Of a stretch of DNA of 64,000 nt, positions 48,700 through 57,637 are shown one piece after another. The position numbers and the translations under genes were made by a program. Origin of the DNA: a virus (taxonomy: Duplodnaviria; Caudoviricetes); the IMG/VR virus record IMGVR_UViG_3300036944_000273, positions 938 to 64,937 of that record; one strand, written 5' to 3'. Below the pieces are notes generated by a model. That model made no database searches. It saw only the letters and a list, made by a program, of their open reading frames with translations, and was not told the origin of the DNA. Numbering within the stretch: position 1 is the stretch's first letter; each line of letters starts with the position of its first letter.

Positions 48700-48933
48700 T
48701 CATTTGAATGAATGTCTATCAGTTGTATAAATTACATTATCATTCTTCCACATGAGCGTAGAGAAGGCCACGCCCTCATCTATCACCTCATACTTACGTC
48801 TAGTCATTTCCTTTACGAAGTCGTAATTAAACTCCACGTATACGTATACATTGCCACTACCAATTGTTATCTCTGAGATTTCAAATGATTTGTCGTCCAA
48901 TAGGACGCTCGCTTGTTTTAATAGTTCTTTCAT
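48700..48933 (-). CDS. Hypothetical early protein
   Basis: 77-aa ORF. Confidence 0.5.
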   Translation of the reverse strand: MKELLKQASVLLDDKSFEISEITIGSGNVYVYVEFNYDFVKEMTRRKYEVIDEGVAFSTLMWKNDNVIYTTDRHSFK

Positions 48934-48946
48934 GTTGTTATGTTAT

Positions 48947-49333
48947 CTATCCAAATATTACGTCACCCATTACTGCCAGCTGGAACCATACGTCCGAGTC
49001 ATCGCCATCGTAGTTGCCCGCTAAGATATTGCTTAGTTGCCTAGGGTAATCTTTGCTCATGATGCTGAACGCCTTAGCCATGCTATCGTAGGTCACGTCG
49101 CCTAGCTTGTCCATATCCTCGAACTCTTCAGTACTCTCTATGTCATACACGGGTAGCTTGTAGTTCTTGTCTGCAAAAAAAGATCTTGTCAAATTATCCA
49201 CCAATGTTTGGCCCTTGATAAAGTGTGTTCGATCGATATCACCTAGGTAATACCAATAGTTTGAGCCACCCTCTAGTGCCGTGCACAATTGGTCGCTGAT
49301 TGCCTCTTCTGAAATGTTAAATGTGATTTCCAT
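48947..49333 (-). CDS. Conserved acidic phage early protein
   Basis: ALEGGSNYW..D.DDSDVWFQLAVMGDVIFG. Confidence 0.7.
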   Translation of the reverse strand: MEITFNISEEAISDQLCTALEGGSNYWYYLGDIDRTHFIKGQTLVDNLTRSFFADKNYKLPVYDIESTEEFEDMDKLGDVTYDSMAKAFSIMSKDYPRQLSNILAGNYDGDDSDVWFQLAVMGDVIFG

Positions 49334-49337
49334 CGTA

Positions 49338-50027
49338 TTAATGTTTAAGGATTTTAATTGATTTTGCTTTACTAGTTGTGCCCATGCATAGCTTACATTG
49401 CTCGCACGTTGCTTTGTTGCCTGCCTCTTTACTAGCTGGACATGTCACGTTCTCACTGCCTATACTATCACCGACAAAGAACGTACGCCACCCCATATTT
49501 TTAGCGGCCTTATCTACCAGTGTAGTCTCTACGCTCGCCATGAAATAACTTTTGGCCCAGGGATTTTTATGCCACTGGTGGGTGTATCCAGTCCAAAATT
49601 TAGCACGCTTTGAAATTTTATCTACCAGTTCTTCACCCAGTAAAACCGGTTCACCATATGAGCCAAAACGTATACCACGCCCCTGGATTGCATCTAACAA
49701 ATCCGCCTCCAGTTCTGGGCTTAGTTCTGGTATACTATCCAGGCCCCTGCGACGTAAACTAGCTAGTTTACTTTGCAGTCCTCGCAAACTATTTGCTTTT
49801 GTCACGTAGCAATCACCGTCGCCAGTAGTGTGGTTATGCACGCAATCACCACAAATTGCCTTGTCGTCCAGGTCACGTACTTTGCCTGGTGTTTTTATCC
49901 ATGCTTCTGGTAGCATGAAGTTTTGAATTAGGTCACCAGTTTTCTGGTTAGTAGTTTGAAATTGGAAATTAAAAACTATTCCGTCTTTACGGTAAAAAAG
50001 ATTTTTGATTTTTGCTTTGCGTCTCAT
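49338..50027 (-). CDS. Gp88-like / radical-SAM-like Cys-rich protein
   Basis: NQKTGD, CGDC..CYV, RFGSYGEP, TGYTHQW, MASVE, CPA..CEQCKLC. Confidence 0.65.
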   Translation of the reverse strand: MRRKAKIKNLFYRKDGIVFNFQFQTTNQKTGDLIQNFMLPEAWIKTPGKVRDLDDKAICGDCVHNHTTGDGDCYVTKANSLRGLQSKLASLRRRGLDSIPELSPELEADLLDAIQGRGIRFGSYGEPVLLGEELVDKISKRAKFWTGYTHQWHKNPWAKSYFMASVETTLVDKAAKNMGWRTFFVGDSIGSENVTCPASKEAGNKATCEQCKLCMGTTSKAKSIKILKH

Positions 50028-50034
50028 ATATATT

Positions 50035-50349
50035 TTATTTTAGTGCTTTCTTTAATGCTTTTAATATTACTGATAGGTCATATTTCAAACCCCTCAATCC
50101 GTAGTCATTGAAATAGTCGTCGTTGGTTACGTCGTATTCCTGGACGTCAATATAATTATGAGAGCCACGTAGGTCGTTCGCCTTGATAGTAACTTTCAAC
50201 CCGTCTACCTGGATAGGCTCGATATCTACGTAGTAAGGCCACGTACCGCCATTGTAGGTGTATGCGTATTCGTCCAGGAGAGCGACCTGGTCTAACAATG
50301 AATTGATTTCAGTAATTCTGTTCCCAATTGACTTTGGTAGCTTGTTCAT
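50035..50349 (-). CDS. Hypothetical protein, first gene of the leftward cluster
   Basis: 104-aa ORF. Confidence 0.55.
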   Translation of the reverse strand: MNKLPKSIGNRITEINSLLDQVALLDEYAYTYNGGTWPYYVDIEPIQVDGLKVTIKANDLRGSHNYIDVQEYDVTNDDYFNDYGLRGLKYDLSVILKALKKALK

Positions 50350-50950
50350 ATTTGCGTTGTTTTGTTCTACATTTCAAATATTGCACTTTTATTTGGAATA
50401 ACAATAACATGTATATAAAATATTTAAATAATTTACATCTTTTTTTTAAAATAGGACAATACGTGCAGTGAAGGCAGTTTTTTAGGTTAAAAATAATTTG
50501 ATATTTTTTTACCTGGACGCAAAAATAAATAAATAGGTTTGAAAATTAGGATATCAATTGAAATTTGATATAGGTCTAATGCAGTCAATCCCTCAACCTA
50601 ATCCATTTTTTAGGCTCGCCTAAATTTTATTTTAGGCCGCAGCTATTCCACTCGGTTCGATAGTTAGCCAAACGTCTAACCAACTTGACGCTTTCGGTTT
50701 CGATTAGATAGTTAGACAAATATCTAAATGATCTTCCGCTCCCATGGCCATGCATACTACTATGCATTGCATAGTACTAGGTCATGCCTACAAAAACCTA
50801 AAAAACTCCTAGGGTTTTGCCAGTTTCCGACCCCCCCCGCCAACTTTTGATCCGTTTTCCTTTTGCCCCCGGCCGCGTGGTTTATGGTGGTTGCCCAATA
50901 TCCATATATATCTAACAAAATTTTTACCTTTGCTAAACAAAAAACATAAA
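50350..50950. other. Divergent non-coding control region; candidate genome terminus/packaging site
   Basis: Transcription diverges here; AT-rich half followed by palindromes, short repeats and a C8 tract; TACCTTTG box at 50925-50932. Confidence 0.55.
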
Positions 50951-50955
50951 AGACA

Positions 50956-51081
50956 ATGGCTAAGAAAATGATCAAAGAGTATGGCGGAAAAGAGAAGTAC
51001 GCATCAAAGGCTGCTATGGCAAAACACGAGAAGATGGAAGGGAAGAAAGTGGAGAAGATGGAGAAGATGAAAAAGAAGTAG
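50956..51081 (+). CDS. Small Lys-rich protein
   Basis: MAKKMIKEYGGKEKYASKAAMAKHEKME...; not in the ORF track (41 aa). Confidence 0.65.
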   Translation: MAKKMIKEYGGKEKYASKAAMAKHEKMEGKKVEKMEKMKKK

Positions 51082-51084
51082 GTT

Positions 51085-51213
51085 ATGGCGAAGGGTAAGT
51101 CGTCGGATACTTCTAGAAAGATTTCCTTTGGCAAGAAGGGTACTGGTAAGGCTAAAAAAAGCTACGGACCTAAAGAAGAAAAACCCAAAAAGTATCGGGG
51201 ACAAGGGAGATAA
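51085..51213 (+). CDS. Small basic protein ending KKYRGQGR
   Basis: 42 aa; the C-terminal motif recurs in aquatic phages. Confidence 0.7.
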   Translation: MAKGKSSDTSRKISFGKKGTGKAKKSYGPKEEKPKKYRGQGR

Positions 51214-51220
51214 GATTAAT

Positions 51221-51248
51221 AGACTTGGCTAGGCCAGGTCTTTTTTTT
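51221..51248 (+). terminator. Rho-independent terminator
   Basis: AGACTTGGC-TAG-GCCAGGTCT plus T-run. Confidence 0.8.
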
Positions 51249-51255
51249 GACTATA

Positions 51256-51530
51256 TTTTTGTACGTTTCGACAAAGCGTACACTTTTGTGTAGACTTTGT
51301 GTACAAAAAATGCTTGCTTTGTATTTTTATACAACCTTATAACTAATTGATATATAGTAAGTTAAGTATATATTTATTTCTTTAATGTACAAAATGTAGA
51401 AAAATAAAAGGAAAAATAGAAAAAATCCTTTCACCCCCAATAGTATTTTATATATAGTAGTAATTGGGCAAAAAAGTTTGCAAGTTTACATGTTGTACAT
51501 TTTAATTGTTTTCAGTATATTTGTACAAAC
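51256..51530. repeat. AT-rich non-coding element with TGTACA palindromes (copy 2)
   Basis: Homologous blocks to 42248-42445 in the same orientation. Confidence 0.7.
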
Positions 51531-51545
51531 AATAAAAAATATAAC

Positions 51546-51821
51546 ATGAAACTTTACAAAAAGAGACCTGATAAGATAATTCGGGTAAACATCATTCGTG
51601 CTGGGAGTGTCACTAAGCATATAGCATTTCACGAATGCGAGTTAGTTGAATGCTTCAATGAGTTAATGGCATTTGTTCACAAGAACATGGATGGTAGCAA
51701 TAAGACTATGCTACAATGTAGGGAGTGGGTCAACTCAAAAAATAAGGCATCGATGAGCTTTTCATTTATGGGTCCAAGTATGGACGAGATTGAGTCGTTA
51801 ATTAATAGCCATTTTAATTGA
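51546..51821 (+). CDS. Hypothetical protein
   Basis: 91-aa ORF; TATATTTG box at 51516-51523. Confidence 0.55.
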   Translation: MKLYKKRPDKIIRVNIIRAGSVTKHIAFHECELVECFNELMAFVHKNMDGSNKTMLQCREWVNSKNKASMSFSFMGPSMDEIESLINSHFN

Positions 51822-51867
51822 TTGGCATAGTAATTGTATATAGATTTGTAACAAATTAAAATAGAAT

Positions 51868-53415
51868 ATGATAGTTAAAAATGTAGAGTCTGGAGAAATA
51901 GCTAGACAGAAATTAATCAAAGGGGTTGACACTGTTGCAAATGCAGTGGGTTCAACTTTAGGTGCGAGAGGTCGGACTGTGTTGATGGAATCAGAACAAC
52001 ACATTGGTGGTATCACAGTTACAAAAGATGGAGTTACTGTAAGTAAAGGTATTAATCTTTTAGATCCAACCGAGAACCTAGCGGTGATGATCATGCGTGA
52101 GGCATCGGAGAAGACTGCCAACTCGGCAGGCGATGGCACGACCACGAGCATGGTGCTGGCACAGGCCATCATCCATGAGGCGATGGGACAGATTAAGCCG
52201 AGCGATAACTTAACTCAAGTATTGCGTGACATTCAAGAGGCGAGCATTGAGGTGCTGGCTAAGTTGGACGAGATGTCGGTTGAGATTACAGACGAGAAGC
52301 TTGAGTCAGTTGCTACAATCTCTGCGAACGGGGATGAGGACACGGGTGCAATTATTGCAGATGCGTACAGTAAGGTGGGGCTGACCGGAGTGGTGACAGT
52401 TGAGCCGTCAAAGGATGCGTTGACATACTCGGAGATTATTAGTGGGATGAAGATAGACAGGGGCTTTGCCAGTAAGTATTTTGTTACTGACCACAAGAAG
52501 CAAGAGTGCGTGCTAGATGACCCATACATTTTGGTGACCGACCAGCCAATTAGTCATATCAATGACATATACCCAATACTTGAGTTTATTCTTGATGGGA
52601 ACAGGTCACTATTAATTGTGGGCGAGATTGAGGAGAATGCGTTGAACACGCTGAACGCTAACAAGATTAAGGCTAAGTTAAAAGTGTGCTCTATCATCCC
52701 ACCGCAGTTTGGCTACAAGAAGCATCAGTTGATGCAAGACATTGCTCATGCGACGGGGGCTAAGTACTTCAGCGAGCAGACGGGTGACAACCTTGCCTTG
52801 GTGACAATTGACGACCTAGGCCGTGCTAAGAAGGTGATCAGTGGTAGGTTCAATACGCTGCTAAGAGATCCGGGTCAGCAGGGTGACGTGGAGGCGAGAG
52901 TAGAAGAGCTGCAGGAGCAGTTAAAGGTGGAGGAGAGTGCAATCGAGAAAGACTTCTTAAAAGAAAGGATCGCTAATCTTGGTGGTGGCGTGGCAGTAAT
53001 TTATGTTGGGGCTCAGTCAGACATTGAGCAGAAGGAGAAGAAGGACCGGGTGGACGATGCGGTGTGTGCTGTGAGGGCTGCACTAGAAGAGGGCATTCTG
53101 CCAGGTGGTGGCGTAGCACTAAAAGATATCTCAGAGTCAATGGCGATAAAGAACAAAGGAGCAGCTATATTAATGCATGCACTGGTGAGCCCAATGAAGA
53201 AGATTGTTCAGAATGCAGGTGGGTCAATAGAAGATATCGCTGGCTGCTCTAAGGAGGGCGTGGGCATAAACGTGGTGACCATGGCTAAAGCTAACATGAT
53301 GGAGGCTGGAATCATCGACCCGACAAAGGTGACCAAGGAGAGTTTAAGGAATGCTGTTAGCGTTGCTACAACTTTACTTTCAACAGATACAGTCATAACT
53401 AACATCAGAGCATAA
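51868..53415 (+). CDS. groEL: Phage-encoded chaperonin GroEL
   Basis: TLGARGR, TKDGVTV, AGDGTTT, GM.IDRG, KERIANL.GGVAVI, VDDA..A.RAALEEGILPGGG, GIIDPTKV; no GGM tail; TAGATTTG box at 51841. Confidence 0.97.
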   Translation: MIVKNVESGEIARQKLIKGVDTVANAVGSTLGARGRTVLMESEQHIGGITVTKDGVTVSKGINLLDPTENLAVMIMREASEKTANSAGDGTTTSMVLAQAIIHEAMGQIKPSDNLTQVLRDIQEASIEVLAKLDEMSVEITDEKLESVATISANGDEDTGAIIADAYSKVGLTGVVTVEPSKDALTYSEIISGMKIDRGFASKYFVTDHKKQECVLDDPYILVTDQPISHINDIYPILEFILDGNRSLLIVGEIEENALNTLNANKIKAKLKVCSIIPPQFGYKKHQLMQDIAHATGAKYFSEQTGDNLALVTIDDLGRAKKVISGRFNTLLRDPGQQGDVEARVEELQEQLKVEESAIEKDFLKERIANLGGGVAVIYVGAQSDIEQKEKKDRVDDAVCAVRAALEEGILPGGGVALKDISESMAIKNKGAAILMHALVSPMKKIVQNAGGSIEDIAGCSKEGVGINVVTMAKANMMEAGIIDPTKVTKESLRNAVSVATTLLSTDTVITNIRA

Positions 53416-53672
53416 TGCGAGTAATTGGACAGAACATACTAGTCTTGCCTCAAGAAGAGGAGACAAAAACAAAAGGAGGCTTGCTTATGTCGGCATCCGA
53501 CACAAAGGAGCTACGCTACAAGAAGGCAACGGTGGCTGCTGTAGGCTCAGAGTCAGGCGGCATCATGCCGGGTAACTTTATTTACTTTGACAAGGCTGCA
53601 GGCCATGGCATACGTGTGAACGATGACCTATATACGGTCATTACAGTTCGGGACGTTGTTGTTGTTCTTTGA
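53415..53672 (+). CDS. groES: Co-chaperonin GroES
   Basis: Mobile loop EETKTKGGLLM, ATVAAVG; coupled to groEL. Confidence 0.9.
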   Translation: MRVIGQNILVLPQEEETKTKGGLLMSASDTKELRYKKATVAAVGSESGGIMPGNFIYFDKAAGHGIRVNDDLYTVITVRDVVVVL

Positions 53673-54174
53673 TAGAACGCTTCATTCTTTTAATGACTCT
53701 AGTGTACTGTCGATCGATGTACCTAGAGTCTTTTTTTTCTGCCAGCTGTATGTCAGTAACAAACTCATTGATCGGCTCTTGGCCTAGTAGCTTCTTATAA
53801 ACGCTACGCATGATGCCTTTGGCACTGGCAGATAGCTCGTACATCGGGGAGAATCCACGGCCACCCTTACGGAACATAATAATTAGTCCACGCTCCATCA
53901 TCTGTGGTACTCTATTTTGATTGAATCCAAATAAGCGACCATACTGCATGAGCGTGCACTCGTCAAATATGTGCTCAGAGTACAGAAATGAGATCAATTC
54001 AAAGTCAGCATAGGACCATTTGTGCTTAATACGCACCCAGGCACGCACAACTTTAATATATTTCAAGAAATCATGCTCAACTTCAGCCCTTTTAAAAGAA
54101 AATGGGCGGTTTCCGTACTCCCTAATCTTAATATTGCGGGGTTTGTACTCTCTTGGCTTAAAATATGTCTTCAT
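53641..54174 (-). CDS. Hypothetical protein (possible winged-helix)
   Basis: 177-aa basic ORF. Confidence 0.55.
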   Translation of the reverse strand: MKTYFKPREYKPRNIKIREYGNRPFSFKRAEVEHDFLKYIKVVRAWVRIKHKWSYADFELISFLYSEHIFDECTLMQYGRLFGFNQNRVPQMMERGLIIMFRKGGRGFSPMYELSASAKGIMRSVYKKLLGQEPINEFVTDIQLAEKKDSRYIDRQYTRVIKRMKRSIKEQQQRPEL

Positions 54175-54638
54175 CGTACGATCAAACCAATAATAATGGC
54201 TAAGAAAGAGGCGATTTCAACCCAAAAGATGGCATTCTTCGTCTTATTTATGGCACAAATGGCTGAGAATGCTACAATAATCACAGTAGGTTGCCATAAT
54301 CCTGACTCAAAATATAGTCCCATGAGGGCACATCCGATGCCTAAAACGGCTCCAAGGTAGTGCACAATGTGGGTATTGGCACCGGTCCATTTAAACTGAG
54401 TGGCTGCACCGACAAAAGCTAGGCCCATACCAGAGAAGAAGTATAGTGGCGTTGACTCGTCAGATTGGAAGACCATGGTGGTGGCGAGGAGCCAGCAGAA
54501 GATTGTAAAGAAATATCCTTGTCGAACGGTATTGAGCTTATAGTGCGACTCGGAGATAGAAGGTAGGATGCCAAATCGGTAGGTGATGTAGGCAACGTAT
54601 GTTACAAAAATTAAAAACTGTGCAAGTGTTAGAATCAT
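54171..54638 (-). CDS. Multi-pass membrane protein
   Basis: About six hydrophobic segments, PSISES.Y motif. Confidence 0.7.
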   Translation of the reverse strand: MILTLAQFLIFVTYVAYITYRFGILPSISESHYKLNTVRQGYFFTIFCWLLATTMVFQSDESTPLYFFSGMGLAFVGAATQFKWTGANTHIVHYLGAVLGIGCALMGLYFESGLWQPTVIIVAFSAICAINKTKNAIFWVEIASFLAIIIGLIVR

Positions 54639-54658
54639 TACGGTATATTTTATTTTAA

Positions 54659-54675
54659 CAAATTTACTATCTTTG
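54659..54675. promoter_or_regulatory. Back-to-back divergent TAnnTTTG boxes
   Basis: TAAATTTG on minus (54659-54666) and TATCTTTG on plus (54668-54675) between divergent genes. Confidence 0.6.
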
Positions 54676-54698
54676 TTTGAATTTTAAAATTATTGAAA

Positions 54699-55028
54699 AT
54701 GGGCAAGCAGAAAGCACCTAAGATTACAGTTGGAGAATTAAAGAAAGTTGTTGGCGGATTAAAGTCAGAGACTCAAACTCTAACTGATAGATATAATAAA
54801 ACTTCTAATGCTATTGGTAATAGCATCGGCATGTCACGTGATTACGAGACATTAAAGATGCAAGAGAATCGTGGTAGAATGATCAAGCACAACGAGGACA
54901 AGATTGGTCGATATAGCAAGTTAATTGATAGTACAACTATTGTACACGACAAAGCTAGATTAGCAGAGAAGGAAGCCGCTTACAAGCGTGACTACCCTTT
55001 ATCAAAAACATTTAATAGCAAGATGTAA
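54699..55028 (+). CDS. Basic hypothetical protein
   Basis: ATG 54699; ends RDYPLSKT. Confidence 0.55.
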   Translation: MGKQKAPKITVGELKKVVGGLKSETQTLTDRYNKTSNAIGNSIGMSRDYETLKMQENRGRMIKHNEDKIGRYSKLIDSTTIVHDKARLAEKEAAYKRDYPLSKTFNSKM

Positions 55029-55381
55029 TGGCAACTAAAAAAACAGAAATACCAGGCAAGTTGGTTAAAGGTGCAGTTAAAGGCTGGACTAATAAAGGGA
55101 TGGCAGATACATTGACCGAAGTAAAGGTTATGCCAAAGACTAATCGCCTTAAGACATTTGCACAAGATGTTAAGTCGGGCTTGAAAGGTGTTAATGCTGC
55201 TGTAGGTGGAGGTTTATTAGGTAAGGTAGCAGCAGTTGCACAAGCTCCTAATATTGTTGGCATTTCTGCAATGGCTCAATCAGGCTACAAGAATAGAAAA
55301 GCTAGTGGTGCTACTCCTGGTGGCAAGAAGCCTTTATTTGGTCGTGATATTCCTCTTCCTGATTCATCATCTTTATTCTAA
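55028..55381 (+). CDS. Basic Gly/Lys-rich hypothetical protein
   Basis: 117 aa; ends RDIPLPDS. Confidence 0.55.
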   Translation: MATKKTEIPGKLVKGAVKGWTNKGMADTLTEVKVMPKTNRLKTFAQDVKSGLKGVNAAVGGGLLGKVAAVAQAPNIVGISAMAQSGYKNRKASGATPGGKKPLFGRDIPLPDSSSLF

Positions 55382-55482
55382 TGAAAAAGATTATTAAGAA
55401 AGCTGCTAAGTATGAGTCTGAGAAATCTTTGGACGGAGCAATGAAGTTCTTAAAAGGAAATGTAAAGAAAATTAAAAAATAA
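55381..55482 (+). CDS. Small Lys-rich protein
   Basis: MKKIIKKAAKYESEKSLDGAMKFLKGNVKKIKK; fills the gap, coupled to the previous stop. Confidence 0.55.
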   Translation: MKKIIKKAAKYESEKSLDGAMKFLKGNVKKIKK

Positions 55483-55483
55483 T

Positions 55484-55618
55484 ATGGCTAAGAAAGTACA
55501 AGAAAAATCGTCAATCAATAAACCAATGCCTACACAAACAATGGGCATTACGGATATTGTAAGAGCAGCTAAAGTAATGAAGGCGGCTAAGAAAATGGCT
55601 CTTAAAAAAATGTTCTAG
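55484..55618 (+). CDS. Small Lys/Met-rich protein
   Basis: MAKKVQEKSS...AAKKMALKKMF, 44 aa. Confidence 0.55.
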   Translation: MAKKVQEKSSINKPMPTQTMGITDIVRAAKVMKAAKKMALKKMF

Positions 55619-55619
55619 C

Positions 55620-55811
55620 ATGGAAAGCTTAGGAGATTTGGTTGCTAAGGTAACCGAGGTTACCGGCATCAAGGCCGTAGTTGAGGCAGTTGCAGGAAAA
55701 GACTGCGGCTGTGCACAACGCCAACAAAAAATGAACGAGATGTTTCCGTTCAATACACCAAAAGAACAGTTCTACGCTGACAAAATAAACAACCAAGAGA
55801 TTGGTCTATAA
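55620..55811 (+). CDS. Conserved small phage protein (LGD..K.T..TGIK..DCGC)
   Basis: Motif recognition. Confidence 0.65.
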   Translation: MESLGDLVAKVTEVTGIKAVVEAVAGKDCGCAQRQQKMNEMFPFNTPKEQFYADKINNQEIGL

Positions 55812-55813
55812 CC

Positions 55814-56479
55814 ATGCCTAATGTACCTTTAGATACTAGATTTGTTGGATTCGCCCCTCAAACTAATTTGCAAGAGCGAAAGAGTGCTTTAATCAACTCA
55901 TTATCTCAGCCATATACAATGGCTGATATTAAAAACTCAATATCTAGCCCAACGTTAGATATAGTTTTAAATAATGGTAATATTGTTTATGCAGATTCTA
56001 CAGTATATACCAACTGTATTCATCCTGTAGTAAATAATACACTCGAGTTTGATTCTTTTTATAACTTACAGATTACAATAGATGCAAATGACATTACAAT
56101 TTCAACTGCATCATGTTTTTTTAATTTAATCATAATCCCTTTAGGTAGTCAAGATTTACAAAGTATTAGTGTCCCAAATTTAGCTGAATGTTTAAGTGAA
56201 TTACGTTGTCAAAATCAAACAAATTTAACAACTATTAATATTGGACAGATAGGACAATTGAGACAAATGAATGCTATTTTTCTTGAAGATAATGCTTTAA
56301 CAGAAGAAACTGTAAATTATATTCTAGCATTATTAGTTAGTTTAGATGGTAATAATAACACAGTATATTGGGATGGTAGTATATATTTAACTGGAGGTAC
56401 AAATGCTGCTCCAGCCGGGCAAGGATTAATTGACAAGCAGACTCTTATTGATAGAGGTGCAAGTGTAGATACTAATTAA
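55814..56479 (+). CDS. Hypothetical structural protein with LRR-like segment
   Basis: TLDIVLNNGN; L..I..L.DNALT..VNYIL..L. Confidence 0.5.
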   Translation: MPNVPLDTRFVGFAPQTNLQERKSALINSLSQPYTMADIKNSISSPTLDIVLNNGNIVYADSTVYTNCIHPVVNNTLEFDSFYNLQITIDANDITISTASCFFNLIIIPLGSQDLQSISVPNLAECLSELRCQNQTNLTTINIGQIGQLRQMNAIFLEDNALTEETVNYILALLVSLDGNNNTVYWDGSIYLTGGTNAAPAGQGLIDKQTLIDRGASVDTN

Positions 56480-56769
56480 TGAAAGCGACAGCTAAATATT
56501 ACGCGACACATCCGGAGGCTCGCAAAAAACGCTTAGAATATCAGGCCGACTATAACAAACGTGCTGATCAACTCAAAAAGCGTATAGAGTTAAACCGGGA
56601 AAACCGCAAACGTGGCACATATGGTGACAAAACTGGACCTCATGCTGGGAAAGATTTAGCACATCACTCAAGTGGTCGTTTAACATATAAATCGCCATCT
56701 AAAAATAGGGGTGATAAAAATGACACAGATGGTGATAAAAGAGCGAGGGGAACTAAAAAGAAAAAGTAA
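56479..56769 (+). CDS. Basic HNH-like protein
   Basis: GKDLAH..S..KNRG degenerate beta-beta-alpha motif. Confidence 0.5.
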   Translation: MKATAKYYATHPEARKKRLEYQADYNKRADQLKKRIELNRENRKRGTYGDKTGPHAGKDLAHHSSGRLTYKSPSKNRGDKNDTDGDKRARGTKKKK

Positions 56770-57074
56770 TGGCAGATATTAAGAACATGTTGGACCGATA
56801 TGGACTAGCTGGTGTTAATAAGCCCAAGCGGCAAACATCAGGTGGCAAGTCGCATGTTGTCCTAGCTAAGGAAGGTGACCAAGTTAAGTTAATTCGCTTT
56901 GGTCAAGCAGGAGTAAAGACTAACCAGACAGCTGGTCAACGTGAAGCTTTTAAATCTCGTCATGCTAAAAATATTGCTAAAGGTAAAATGTCTGCTGCAT
57001 ATTGGGCAGATAAAGTTAAGTGGTCACCAAGCAAAACTGCATCGCCATCTAAAAAATGGGTAAAAGGATCTTAA
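56769..57074 (+). CDS. Conserved basic phage protein
   Basis: KSHVVLAK..VKLIRFGQ..AFKSRH..SAAYWA. Confidence 0.7.
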   Translation: MADIKNMLDRYGLAGVNKPKRQTSGGKSHVVLAKEGDQVKLIRFGQAGVKTNQTAGQREAFKSRHAKNIAKGKMSAAYWADKVKWSPSKTASPSKKWVKGS

Positions 57075-57075
57075 T

Positions 57076-57228
57076 ATGAAAAAGCTAAACAAATTAGGAG
57101 TAGAAAACTCTTTGTGGAATAACATCCGGGCAAGCAAAGGCTCAGGCAATAAGCCTACCAAAGAAATGCTCAAGCAAGAAAAAAAGATCAAAAAGCAAGA
57201 GAAAAAAAGTAATATCTTTGTAGCATAA
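57076..57228 (+). CDS. Small Lys-rich protein
   Basis: MKKLNKLGVENSLWNNIRASKGSG..., 50 aa. Confidence 0.6.
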   Translation: MKKLNKLGVENSLWNNIRASKGSGNKPTKEMLKQEKKIKKQEKKSNIFVA

Positions 57229-57237
57229 ATAATTAAT

Positions 57238-57372
57238 ATGAAGAAGGTAACTAAAAAGACTGCGTTTGATATCAAAGAGGCAAGCAACCAAAAGCTTAAG
57301 CCTGCTGCTCGTAAGCACTATGCAGAAAATGCACAAGCTGCTATGAAGAACCAAATGAAAAAGAAGAAATAA
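57238..57372 (+). CDS. Small Lys-rich protein
   Basis: MKKVTKKTAFDIKEAS...ARKHYAENA, 44 aa. Confidence 0.6.
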   Translation: MKKVTKKTAFDIKEASNQKLKPAARKHYAENAQAAMKNQMKKKK

Positions 57373-57373
57373 G

Positions 57374-57637
57374 ATGGGAGTTTTAAATTATACACAATCG
57401 GGTCGTGCCGCTGCTGTTACTAAATCAGACACGGAATTAATCCCTAGTGTTTCAGGTGGTACAAATGCCGAAGGATGCATTCTTTACATTGGAGGAACAG
57501 GCAACGTGCGTGTTCTAACAATCGGTGGAGATGATGTAATCTTCTACGGTGTGCCTGCAGGTACAACACTACAAGTTAAAGTTAGACAAGTGTTTTCAAC
57601 AAATACATCTGCTACTAACATTGTAGCTCTTTGGTAA
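57374..57637 (+). CDS. Head spike base protein (RcGTA Rcc01079-like)
   Basis: AAAVTKSDT..LYIGGTGNVRV..FYGVPAGT.L.VKVRQV..T.T.ATNIVAL. Confidence 0.75.
   Translation: MGVLNYTQSGRAAAVTKSDTELIPSVSGGTNAEGCILYIGGTGNVRVLTIGGDDVIFYGVPAGTTLQVKVRQVFSTNTSATNIVALW

Noticed and set aside
50760-51204. Hydrophobic minus-strand ORFs of 124 and 66 aa
   Set aside because: Antisense shadows of the Lys-rich plus-strand ORFs at 50956 and 51085, which have a promoter and terminator
51868-53672. groEL/groES as host contamination or a prophage boundary
   Set aside because: Divergent sequence, reversed gene order, no GGM tail, phage genes on both sides, and no integrase or att site seen
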